A stretch of 64,000 nt of DNA, from assembly GCA_002733125.1 (NCBI GenBank), contig NVUM01000009.1, positions 11,451 through 75,450 of the forward strand. Reading direction: 5' to 3'. Positions 39,564-48,413 of this stretch are shown here, piece by piece (position 1 is the first letter of the stretch; the number at the start of each line of letters is the position of its first letter). The notes under the pieces are model-generated. The model was not told the origin of the DNA, did no database searches, and saw only the letters and a list, made by a program, of their open reading frames with translations. Position numbers and translations under genes: made by a program. Source of the stretch: Porticoccus sp. Lineage in GTDB: Bacteria > Pseudomonadota > Gammaproteobacteria > Pseudomonadales > Porticoccaceae.

Positions 39564-40076
39564 CTATTTCTTTAGGTAAGAAATCATTGTGTCAACATCA
39601 CTACACTCGAATGGGTCATCCGGGCAATCATCCATCATTCCGGTTTCAGCAAAGAGTTGTTTTATTTCCCCATCAATTACGTGAGCGGAATAACGCCATG
39701 ACACCTCACCTGGCCCTTTTTTAACCAGCATCCCCATCAGGCGAGTAAAATTTCCATGTGAATCAGGCAGCATTTTTATATGTTTAAGACCTAAATTTTT
39801 CGCCCACTGAAGCATGGTAAAGGGCGCACTAACGCTCAAACAGTACACTTCATCAACACCCAGTGATTTCAGTTCCTCATACTTGGCATCATAGTCAGGC
39901 AGATGAGTGCGGGAGCTGGTTTCAGTAAATACAGCTGCCAGTGAAAATATAACGACATTTTTACCCGAAAATACCTCTTCTGTTGAAATATCCTTCCAGA
40001 TAAATGGACTTCTCCCGCCAACGCTTTCACCACGGACACGCGTTTTAAATATCACACTGGGTACTTTGTCGCTCAT
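39564..40076 (-). CDS. Prx5/PGdx-type peroxiredoxin homolog lacking the peroxidatic Cys
   Basis: FKTRVR, GVDEVYCLSV, SWRYS, DPFE retained; PGAFTPTC replaced by AAVFTETS. Confidence 0.8.
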   Translation of the reverse strand: MSDKVPSVIFKTRVRGESVGGRSPFIWKDISTEEVFSGKNVVIFSLAAVFTETSSRTHLPDYDAKYEELKSLGVDEVYCLSVSAPFTMLQWAKNLGLKHIKMLPDSHGNFTRLMGMLVKKGPGEVSWRYSAHVIDGEIKQLFAETGMMDDCPDDPFECSDVDTMISYLKK

Positions 40077-40121
40077 AATTTCCTCATTATTCTTAAAATC
40101 AAAGTGTCTAATTTTAAAAGG

Positions 40122-40182
40122 GCATAACGCCTTGCTTAGCAGCGCGCGCTATTTGCGCGTCCGTTGCAGCCACTGGTTAGGC
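40122..40182 (-). mobile_element. Integron attC site (61 bp)
   Basis: Minus strand GCCTAAC-CAGTG-GCTGCAAC-GGACGCGCAAATAGCGCGCGCT-GCTAAGC-AAGGC-GTTATGC = R''/L''/central hairpin/L'/R'. Confidence 0.85.
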
Positions 40183-40214
40183 TGCACTTCGTCTGTTGTT
40201 CGACGAAAATATGG

Positions 40215-40697
40215 TTATACATTTTGTCTCTTCAGAACCCAACGCTTAACCAGATCTTCCAGTATTTTAAGGTACTCTGAGCAGAGTGAGATTGCTGACT
40301 CGTGCTTCGGTAACTGAAACTCGCAAGTGTTATCGAATAGCCAGCCAGTAATATAACCGGGCACAAATTGCGCCTTACCATCGGTAGAGTAGCCAGACCG
40401 GAGCTGAGCGAATCTAGTTCTTTGAAGCGTGACTGTTCCTTTGTGAATGGTGTACACGCGGCGCTCGTTAAAAAACTTCAAAAGAGGCATATTTGATAAG
40501 ACATTCATTTCTTCACGATACCACTCGACAAGTGATATCTCGCTGCTCGATTCGCATTGCATGACAAATGTGACACTTCTAGCGAGGGAAATGAATGAAT
40601 TAATACAAGAACGCACAACAGCTTCGTCCTCAGTGTTTTCCTCCGCGAGTGACAGTTGAATGCGGGCGTCGTCTAGTTTGATCTCAGTTTCAGTCAC
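40215..40697 (-). CDS. Gene-cassette protein, HEPN-like
   Basis: Helical, SFISLARSV...WY...FFNERRVYTIH (Rx4H); bounded by GTTAGGC and attC. Confidence 0.65.
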   Translation of the reverse strand: MTETEIKLDDARIQLSLAEENTEDEAVVRSCINSFISLARSVTFVMQCESSSEISLVEWYREEMNVLSNMPLLKFFNERRVYTIHKGTVTLQRTRFAQLRSGYSTDGKAQFVPGYITGWLFDNTCEFQLPKHESAISLCSEYLKILEDLVKRWVLKRQNV

Positions 40698-40704
40698 TTT
40701 TTCT

Positions 40705-40735
40705 GCCTAACATTTGTATATCGCGCACGTGCGTT
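40705..40735 (-). mobile_element. attI-like recombination site
   Basis: Minus strand GCGCGATATACAAAT-GTTAGGC; core is the exact complement of the cassette R'' GCCTAAC; no attC stem upstream. Confidence 0.6.
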
Positions 40736-41068
40736 TTGCCGAATCTGATATTTGGCGCCCCTTTGTAACAACCTGATAAGGAAAAGAAAGTTGGGAAATG
40801 CCTGATTCCCTTCAGAGTAAAGCGAGTTTTTCCTGTTATCTAAAATAACGGAATCTCGTTATTTTTTCGTACACATGAGCAATCCCTTGTTTTTAAATCT
40901 TTTTGCTATGAAGGCAGTTAGATCATGAGCATGGGCTGAGTATAAACCGCGCGCTGGGTTTGACAACCTCTGGAGAGATTGCTCTGAGTCAGGAGGTATT
41001 TGTTGCGGGATGGCGGCAAGGCTTATGTCAGAAGTCTGCCAGCCGGTATGCAGTTCGGGTTGTTAAAG

Positions 41069-41115
41069 ATGGTGGGCCTTGCTGGACTTGAACCAGCGAC
41101 CAATCGATTATGAGT
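41069..41115 (-). repeat. att direct repeat (3' part of tRNA-Ile2), distal island end
   Basis: 47 bp identical to 49859-49905. Confidence 0.95.
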
Positions 41116-41405
41116 TTCACGTACAGGCGTTCTACCTACTCCTACTGCCTTCAATGTAAGCACTTTACCCTCTATAAATCAGTGCTTTGAGAGCATTTTT
41201 AATACTACGTGCTATTGTGTTCTTCACGGTGCCTTGCTTACACTACTGCTTACATGGCCCTTCGGGGACGTGAAATAAGGGCGGCCGGCGACTGCGCCAA
41301 CAGTCCCGACCGCGTGACCGACGTTCCAACTAGCAGGAGCAACGCCGATATGAATATTGTAACCACAAGCCCTGTCCTATGGCACTGTATGCGGGAGGGG
41401 CAGCA

Positions 41406-42689
41406 ATGAAACTCACCAACACGAAAGTCAAAAGCCTTCCGGTCCCAACCGACAAAGGCCAGGTGTTCCATTGGGACAGCGAGACCCGAGGCTTCGGGCT
41501 GCGCATCACCTCAGCAGGTGCCAAGAGCTGGATAGTTCAGGGGCGCGTCAACGGAAAGACTCGCCGCTATACCCTGGGACCGTTCGAGCTTCTGAGTGCA
41601 GATGATGCTCGGAAGCGGGCACAGGCCAAGCTCCTCGAAATGTATGACGGCAAAGACCCGCAGGTTGAGAAGAAAAAGCTCAAGGCGCAGAGCGAGACAT
41701 TGCGTGAGGTGATGGAGGATTACGTCCAGCACAAGCGCACCAAGAACGGGCCGTTACGACCCAGCAGCAAAGAGGACATCCGGCGCTGTGTTGAGAACAC
41801 CTTTTCAGACTGGGCTGACAAACCTGTGGTCACAATCAGTCGTGACGCCTGTATCAAGAAGTTCCGCGAGCTATCCAAGACCGCGCCAGTGCAGACCAAC
41901 CAAGCCTTCCGCAATCTTCGCGCCTTGCTGAATTGGGCGAGGGAGAAGAACGCGACGGCTGACGGTACTTATCCGATCCTGCCAGTTAACCCAGTCTCCC
42001 AAATGTTCAAGAAGGGCGGGCTGGTGCAGTGGAATCCCGAGAGGGCACGCGCCACCCGTATCCCGAAGGACAGGATAGGGGCCGTTTGGGCATTGCTGGA
42101 GGACTACTCAAACCCCGACCATCATATAACCACAACTTGCATCAGTGCTGATCTGATCGCGTTTATGCTGCTGACTGGCACCCGCGTCAGCGAGACGTGC
42201 AAGCTGACATGGAAGTACGTGAAACTCGATAGCAAGGTGCCGACGTTCCATCTGCATGAGACCAAGAACCACAACCCCGTAACGCTGCCCATCGGTCCGG
42301 TACTGCATGAGGTGTTGAGCCGCCGCCATGCAGAACGCATCAAGGGCAATGATTACGTCTTCCCCGCCGTGCGAGGCAAGAAAGGTTATCTGAGTGACCC
42401 GCGAGCCTTGTTCAAGAAGGTGTCTGAGGTGGCGGGAGAGCACCTGCACCCGCACGCACTACGCCGAACCTTTGAAGACGTAGCCCAGACAGTGGGCGTT
42501 GACTCAGACCAGCGCCGCCAGCTTCTCAATCACCTTGCCAATGATGTGCATGGGCAGAACTACGCCAACAACCCTGACCCAGCAGTTCTCATGCCTGCCA
42601 TGGAAAAAATCGGGGATTGGATTAAGAAGCAGGGCGGCATAGCGCGGGCAGCAGCCAAGGGCGAGAATGTGGTTCCGATGAAGGCCTAG
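41406..42689 (+). CDS. Tyrosine integrase with N-terminal arm-binding domain (P4-like)
   Basis: WDSETRGFGLRIT..GAKSW; LLTGTRVSE, TKN, HALRRTF, LLNH, Tyr in QNY. Confidence 0.93.
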   Translation: MKLTNTKVKSLPVPTDKGQVFHWDSETRGFGLRITSAGAKSWIVQGRVNGKTRRYTLGPFELLSADDARKRAQAKLLEMYDGKDPQVEKKKLKAQSETLREVMEDYVQHKRTKNGPLRPSSKEDIRRCVENTFSDWADKPVVTISRDACIKKFRELSKTAPVQTNQAFRNLRALLNWAREKNATADGTYPILPVNPVSQMFKKGGLVQWNPERARATRIPKDRIGAVWALLEDYSNPDHHITTTCISADLIAFMLLTGTRVSETCKLTWKYVKLDSKVPTFHLHETKNHNPVTLPIGPVLHEVLSRRHAERIKGNDYVFPAVRGKKGYLSDPRALFKKVSEVAGEHLHPHALRRTFEDVAQTVGVDSDQRRQLLNHLANDVHGQNYANNPDPAVLMPAMEKIGDWIKKQGGIARAAAKGENVVPMKA

Positions 42690-42976
42690 TGCAGGTGTTG
42701 CAAAACATGTGGCAGACGTTTCATAAGATCTTGATATTTAAAGGAAATCTAAAAATTACTGCTTGCAAGCACGTAGAAGATCCGTTAGCTTGTAAGGACA
42801 ATTTGCTTTCGCTATCCAGTTGAGCGTGACGCTTTAGCCGCCTTGGCGGTTCGACAGGACTCTACACAATGCATGGGCAGTGTCGCGGAATTCGGGCAAC
42901 CAAGAAACGGGTTGCCAGTTTCGCTGCACTGCCCATTTTCGTTTCTGGTGGTGCAGCAGTGAGAGAAGGTGATCTC

Positions 42977-43186
42977 ATGAATCTGCTAACTACCGAACAA
43001 GCTGCAAAATTCATCTTTGGCCCCGATGGCAAGAAAGGCACGCTGGAACAGTGGCGCTATCGAAAAGTCGGGCCGAAATTCCGCAAGGTCGGAAAGCTGG
43101 TGCGCTACGCCGAAGCTGACCTAATGGAGTACCTAGACCAGCAGGCCCGCACTGGTACCAGCCATCAGAACCTCCAAACGTATTGA
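42977..43186 (+). CDS. AlpA/excisionase-like HTH protein
   Basis: LLTTEQAA...TLEQWRY...GPKFRKVGKLVRY...DL. Confidence 0.88.
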   Translation: MNLLTTEQAAKFIFGPDGKKGTLEQWRYRKVGPKFRKVGKLVRYAEADLMEYLDQQARTGTSHQNLQTY

Positions 43187-43373
43187 ACCAGTTATGTCAC
43201 AGACTATGTTCAGTCCGTCTTTTCCAGAAGCGTGCCAACCCTTTGCCGTCACCTCTGACGGGTCGAGTAACTGCACCTGTAAGCCAATCAAGAAAAAGGG
43301 CCGCTGGATCGCACTGTTTGCACAATGCGGTGGCGTGCTCCAGCAGCCCTTTGCTCGACAGGAGTGATTAGTA

Positions 43374-44861
43374 ATGCCAAGCGACAATACTTTAGGGCAG
43401 CCACCGGAGGCCATGCTAGATAACTTTGGGAATGGCAATGCGGAGCACGGCAGGGAGCAAGCCAATGCTTTGCTCACCGCGCACAGCGGCACACAGGCCG
43501 AGATCGACAGTCGCCCGAGCCTTACATGCGGTGACCTGCCAATGCGCTGGCCTGTGGGCGATGCGGGACACATAGCCGCTGCCATATACCGAGCTAGTTA
43601 TTTGCCACAGCAGGAGGTTGCTATCGTTGCAACGCTGGCGCTGTTATCAGGCATAGCAGGCCGAGCCTACCGCACGCCAACAGGTGCGACGCTGAGTCAG
43701 TATTATCTGCTGGTAGCACCCACGGGTTCAGGCAAAGATGCCATTCACAAGTTGATACCCCAGGTGCTCCGAAACGTGGGAATACCTCAAGCCGACCGCT
43801 TTGCTGTTTCAGAGCGGTTTGTCAGTGCTCCCGCTTTGCATCGCCGCATATTGGAGAAGCCCGGTTTTCTGGCGTTGCATCCTGAGTTCGGAAAGCGTCT
43901 CGTCACTATATCCTCGCCGCGTGCGCAAGGCGGACATGATCAGCAGTTCGGGGACAAGTTGACCGAGGCATATGAGAAGGAATACATGGAAGGGATTTAT
44001 CGCTCTAACCCTGCGGACTGTGTTCCTGGAGTTGAGTGGCCAGCCCTATCATTTCTCGGTGAGACCACCCCGCATACGTTCTATCGCGCTCTAACCATCG
44101 AAATGATGGAAGATGGTTTTTATTCCCGTTTTCTAACGGTCCTTGTTACTTCGGAGCGGCCTGTATCGAATCGCAGGGCGAGTCTTGATCTTTATGGTAA
44201 TGCTTGGGAGGCGCTGCATTCCTTGGTCAGCAAGTCCATTGAAATAAACGACACGCCACCCTTCAAACCTATTCAAGTTGAATATCTCAACTCAAGAGCG
44301 TCGATGCACCTTGACGATTTCGAAGAGGAATGCAGGCAGCGAATTAACCACGCAAACAAGGGCGACGATGCTTTCGGTGCAGCCGTCTGGAATAGGGCAC
44401 ACCTTAAGGCTCTGAAAATCTCTTCCCTGCTAGCAGTTGCTGACAATTGTGTAGAGCCGAAGATCAGCCTCCACCATGCCTCGTGGGCGATTGATCTTGT
44501 TCGCAGGGACGCTCGGGCCTTTATGGAAAAGGTTGAGTCAGGCGACGTAGGTGACGGCGATGATGTTCGTCAGAAAAAGGTGATGGAAATTTGCCTCAAG
44601 ATTTTGCAGGGGAAGATCAAAGATAAGAATCCGAAGCTGTATTCAGATGGAATTGTCACTCGGCGGGTGCTCACAACTAACACGTCACGACTGGCACCGT
44701 TCAAGAATCATCCGCTTAAGGCAACTAAAGCTCTCGATGAAACCATCAGATCGCTGCTCGAATCAGGGGCATTGATGTTGGTCGATAAGCACAAGGCCGT
44801 TGAGGCATACGGGGAGCATGGGAAGTGCTATCGGGTATTGGATTTAGATGACCACAGTTAG
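43374..44861 (+). CDS. DUF3987-like replication/helicase protein
   Basis: Walker A VAPTGSGKD, LSFLGETTP, DGFYSRFL; no N-terminal primase domain apparent. Confidence 0.75.
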   Translation: MPSDNTLGQPPEAMLDNFGNGNAEHGREQANALLTAHSGTQAEIDSRPSLTCGDLPMRWPVGDAGHIAAAIYRASYLPQQEVAIVATLALLSGIAGRAYRTPTGATLSQYYLLVAPTGSGKDAIHKLIPQVLRNVGIPQADRFAVSERFVSAPALHRRILEKPGFLALHPEFGKRLVTISSPRAQGGHDQQFGDKLTEAYEKEYMEGIYRSNPADCVPGVEWPALSFLGETTPHTFYRALTIEMMEDGFYSRFLTVLVTSERPVSNRRASLDLYGNAWEALHSLVSKSIEINDTPPFKPIQVEYLNSRASMHLDDFEEECRQRINHANKGDDAFGAAVWNRAHLKALKISSLLAVADNCVEPKISLHHASWAIDLVRRDARAFMEKVESGDVGDGDDVRQKKVMEICLKILQGKIKDKNPKLYSDGIVTRRVLTTNTSRLAPFKNHPLKATKALDETIRSLLESGALMLVDKHKAVEAYGEHGKCYRVLDLDDHS

Positions 44862-44884
44862 CGGTGGCAGGTGGTACTGCCGCC

Positions 44885-45084
44885 GTAGTGCGCGAGTCAC
44901 GACTAACCCGTTGAAAATACCCGGATGCAGTAACGGTAGTGAGTGTAGTAGGTAGTGGGTGATGGCCAACTCTCAAAGCCGAGAAATATAAGGAACTGAC
45001 TTAAAGGGTATACGGCTTACTACACATACTACCCTTACTACCCCTTTACTTAATCTGCTGTATTTATTCTGTTTTTTCTGTAGT
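44885..45084. repeat. Inverted arrays of GTAGT/ACTAC repeats, putative origin
   Basis: GTAGT at 44885, 44936, 44945, 44952, 45080; ACTAC at 45019, 45028, 45037. Confidence 0.6.
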
Positions 45085-45304
45085 AGGTCGGCGACTGCAA
45101 ATGTACTGCTCGTACTGCCGCCGGACTGTGGCCATCTGCGGGCTCAGCCGCCAAATTCCTGAACCATTAACGCCTAGTTGTGTGGGCAGAATTTGATATT
45201 GGCTGATAGTGGTTTGTTTTTAATAAATAAATTTGTAGGTGCTTTTTATTTTGCCATAGCTTTGTAAGCAGTAAGTAACGACTCACTCCACAGGAGCACC
45301 AAAA

Positions 45305-46036
45305 ATGGCTATCAACGGCGAAGTAAAACTAACAGTCTCCCCGACACTGCATCCGGCGAACATCACGAGTATTGACGGTTTCGAAGCTGCGAAAGGTTAC
45401 GTCGCAGACGCTGTGACAACTCTGGATGCGGCTCACCAGTCGGTCGCCCATGTGATCGAAGCACGGCAGAAAGTGAATCTTGATGAGAGCCGCACGCCCC
45501 GCGCTAAGGTTCTGATGACTGCCCAACTGGCGGACAAGTATTCAGCGAAGCTGCAAAAGCAGTTCGAGTCGTCCTGGTCACGATTGGACAAGGCGATTCA
45601 GCACACGGAACAGGAACTATCCCAGCCGCTACAGCAGACCGCTGGCGCAGGAAATATAAATGGTGAAATCCGCGCGCATGCAAAAGCCCTTAGCAGGGAT
45701 GATCGAGTGAGGCTCCTAACTGTGGCAATCGAGAGCGGCGACATAACCACAGCAGGGGCAATTCTTGGCGCTCCTCCGTACCTGAGTGGCCTTTCGGATA
45801 TCGAACACAAGCATTTCACACGCCAGTATCACGAAGCGACCAATCCCGAGATGGCCCAGCGCCTTAAGGTGATGCAGGCCACGCGGGAGAAGCTGCAACG
45901 CGCCCATCCGGCATTGCTGCAAGAGCTGGAAAAGGCAGTCGGAGCAAGTCGCCGTGACGTGGAACGTCTCCAAGCTGCCACCAACGAGGCCGAGGCGGCA
46001 CTGGTGATGAAGGACTTCAACCCTGCCGAGCATTGA
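45305..46036 (+). CDS. Helical/coiled-coil satellite protein
   Basis: 243 aa, AGGAG RBS, AILGAPPYLSGL segment. Confidence 0.75.
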   Translation: MAINGEVKLTVSPTLHPANITSIDGFEAAKGYVADAVTTLDAAHQSVAHVIEARQKVNLDESRTPRAKVLMTAQLADKYSAKLQKQFESSWSRLDKAIQHTEQELSQPLQQTAGAGNINGEIRAHAKALSRDDRVRLLTVAIESGDITTAGAILGAPPYLSGLSDIEHKHFTRQYHEATNPEMAQRLKVMQATREKLQRAHPALLQELEKAVGASRRDVERLQAATNEAEAALVMKDFNPAEH

Positions 46037-46066
46037 TCCGGCGCTGATGTAATCAAAGGTTTCGAT

Positions 46067-46537
46067 ATGACCAATGCACAACAAAAGCCGGAATGGTTGG
46101 AGAACTGGAAGCCCGATCCAGATGCACCTAAAACCGGCAATCCGAACTGGAAGCCGGGAATGAAATCTCCAAACCCGAAGGGCCGTCCGAAGGGAATTGT
46201 AGACAAGCGCCAGAAGGTGACGCAGGCCATGCTCAGCGACGCTCACGAGATTGCGGGCGTGGTAGTTGCCAAGGCCAAGGAAGGCGATCTACAGGCTGCC
46301 TCATTGGTGCTGGCGCGGGTTATGCCTACGCTGGCTGCACAAGCTGAAAGGGTTGAGTTTGACCTTGATCCATCTGCACCACTTGCCAAACAGGTAGAGC
46401 AGGTGCTTTCGGCTACCGCAAGCGGGGAGCTATCAACCGACCACGCGGAGCGCATTATCAAGGCGATTGGTGCGCTAGGTGCGATCCGGCAAATGGATGA
46501 GATCGAGAGCAGGCTGGCAGCTCTGGAGGGCCGATAG
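46067..46537 (+). CDS. DUF5681-like protein (possible small-terminase-like)
   Basis: WKPGMKSPNPKGRPKG, AKEGDLQAA, C-terminal IESRLAALE. Confidence 0.7.
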   Translation: MTNAQQKPEWLENWKPDPDAPKTGNPNWKPGMKSPNPKGRPKGIVDKRQKVTQAMLSDAHEIAGVVVAKAKEGDLQAASLVLARVMPTLAAQAERVEFDLDPSAPLAKQVEQVLSATASGELSTDHAERIIKAIGALGAIRQMDEIESRLAALEGR

Positions 46538-46538
46538 C

Positions 46539-46733
46539 ATGGGCTTTGGCTGGGTCAAAGAGTTTGCCGAGGCTGCAACGGCGCAACCTGCTGAGACAGT
46601 GCCCCAGCTTTCCCCGCTGGGACATACGCGGGGGCAGCTGCTTGAACAGCTGGCAAGCGCCAGCGCCCAGCCTCAGACACCTGTGGTCAGGGCGTACATC
46701 GCCGAGGCACGGCGCAGGTTGGGGGCGTTATGA
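46539..46733 (+). CDS. Hypothetical protein
   Basis: ATG 1 bp after previous stop, GGAGG RBS. Confidence 0.55.
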   Translation: MGFGWVKEFAEAATAQPAETVPQLSPLGHTRGQLLEQLASASAQPQTPVVRAYIAEARRRLGAL

Positions 46734-46993
46734 GTACGAGCAAACACTATGACGTTGAGTATCGCTGGGATGGTTACGACGAGTTCGAGCCAATCAAGCC
46801 CGCCGCGCAATATCGGATAGACAAATCCAAATCAAAAGCCTGGTCTGAGATTCAGGCTTTCAACGGGGTGACAACGATCATCAAACGAGAGGACGGGGAA
46901 GTGATGTCAGTTCCCGGTCGTGCGGAGATCGTCGGCACCTATGACCCCTCTGTACCAATCAAGCAATTCAGGAGTGACTGCGATGCAACGTGA
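46730..46993 (+). CDS. Hypothetical protein
   Basis: ATGA overlap with the previous gene. Confidence 0.6.
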   Translation: MSTSKHYDVEYRWDGYDEFEPIKPAAQYRIDKSKSKAWSEIQAFNGVTTIIKREDGEVMSVPGRAEIVGTYDPSVPIKQFRSDCDAT

Positions 46994-47411
46994 AAAGATC
47001 AGGATTGAAGGCGACATGCGCCTGCCTACTGCGGACATGAAGGTTCACCGCTGGGACAACATGACCAACTTCTGTCTGGACGAAGGCCAGCTACATTGGC
47101 CACACGGTGACTGCGAGACAGTGCCCGCCCTCTTCATTGAGGCTGGCGGTGACGCGATGTTGGTCTGTGCCGAGAAGCTGGAGGAAGTCTGGAAGATAGC
47201 GATCAACCTCTGTGTCAGTATGCAAGTCTTTGACAGGGAAAAACCGTGGCTTTGGAAGGAGAGCGAAGGGACGATTATTGAGACACGCATTCCCCGTGAC
47301 GAGGTGGAGACTTTTACCGGCTTCAACGGTGCAGCCGATTTCATTGCTTGCCGCCATCCGTCCCATGCTGTGCGGGTCGAGATGATTGCTAAGCTGGCTG
47401 GTGTGGCATGA
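46983..47411 (+). CDS. Hypothetical protein
   Basis: AGGAG RBS before ATG 46983; overlaps neighbours. Confidence 0.65.
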   Translation: MQREKIRIEGDMRLPTADMKVHRWDNMTNFCLDEGQLHWPHGDCETVPALFIEAGGDAMLVCAEKLEEVWKIAINLCVSMQVFDREKPWLWKESEGTIIETRIPRDEVETFTGFNGAADFIACRHPSHAVRVEMIAKLAGVA

Positions 47412-47632
47412 GAGCGCGGGTATCAATGGCCACACTGAAGCGGCTGGAGGCATTGGAGCGATCGCGTGGTCAAAGAAAGGTCGTGGCCCTGTTCCCGGAG
47501 TTGATGCCCGTTGACGAGTGGGGCACTATCGCAGAGAGTATGCAGCGAGAACTAAAGGGAAACATAAAAAAAGATGTTCCGCCGAACTATGACAGTTCCA
47601 TAATCAGTAGGCTTATCTTAGTTGCGTACTAA
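47408..47632 (+). CDS. Hypothetical protein
   Basis: ATGA overlap; LKRLEALE motif. Confidence 0.55.
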   Translation: MRARVSMATLKRLEALERSRGQRKVVALFPELMPVDEWGTIAESMQRELKGNIKKDVPPNYDSSIISRLILVAY

Positions 47633-47645
47633 AAGCCGGAGCTAA

Positions 47646-48413
47646 TTAAACCGTGTATTTTAGAACCACATTCTCAACGAGATCCTCAACAAAGTCGATC
47701 ACCTTGGTTTTGTTGATTGTTACCCCTGAGGGGTGCGCGGAGGAGTTTCGCGTGTCGAGCTTTTGATCGAGGATTTTCTTAACGTCCGGAGATATAATTT
47801 TCGCTTGCCTGCAAAAATCGATGAACTTCGAGTCCTTGATTTCAGAAAAGTCATCTCGTACTAAAACTTTCTTTATTTTAACGCTCCGGTCGGTATTCTT
47901 CGCTAATACATCATTAAATGGATCGAGTCGGAGTTTGTTGCTGAGAATATAAACGAACAGATGATCCATGGCGAGAATCCACGCCATTACGATCGTGGCA
48001 CGGTTGGCGCCGGCCTCGAAACAATCAATAGTCTCCTTTAGAAATTCCTTATCGGCACCCTCTGGTAATTTTTGCTCGAGCCCCCTCAGAGTGGCGCTGG
48101 TCTGTATAGTAATTCTTTCTGCGCCTATCTTTTTTGATAGATCTTCTCGCATATGTCTTTGAAGCTTGTAACCACCATTGGTCTTTATATATTTCGGGTT
48201 TTTCCCTTTTACCCCCTCCGAGAGTCTGGCTCCAATACTTTTTGAGGCTACTAAGTCACATACGGTAAAGCACTCCGTAATTTTCTTGGTCGTAGCAGAC
48301 TCTTCTCCAAGCTCGACAGTCAAGAAGTAAACAAAAAGTTCAACCAATGCCGACTGGCTTAAATTGGAAGCATCCTCAATGGAGTTGTAAAACCTGTTAG
48401 TTGCATCGATCAT
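47646..48413 (-). CDS. wHTH-like + HEPN (DUF4145-like) protein
   Basis: FLKETIDCFEAGANRATIVMAW and RNSSAHP (Rx4H). Confidence 0.75.
   Translation of the reverse strand: MIDATNRFYNSIEDASNLSQSALVELFVYFLTVELGEESATTKKITECFTVCDLVASKSIGARLSEGVKGKNPKYIKTNGGYKLQRHMREDLSKKIGAERITIQTSATLRGLEQKLPEGADKEFLKETIDCFEAGANRATIVMAWILAMDHLFVYILSNKLRLDPFNDVLAKNTDRSVKIKKVLVRDDFSEIKDSKFIDFCRQAKIISPDVKKILDQKLDTRNSSAHPSGVTINKTKVIDFVEDLVENVVLKYTV

Noticed and set aside
41069-41115. Second tRNA gene
   Set aside because: Only the 3' part is present; D-arm and 5' acceptor strand missing, so it is an att repeat.
41406-42689. Island integrase as the integron integrase
   Set aside because: Has a P4-type arm-binding domain, no evident IntI-specific insertion, and lies inside the tRNA att boundaries.
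43183-43371. 62-aa ORF between alpA and rep
   Set aside because: TTG start, no clear RBS or recognisable motif; left uncalled.
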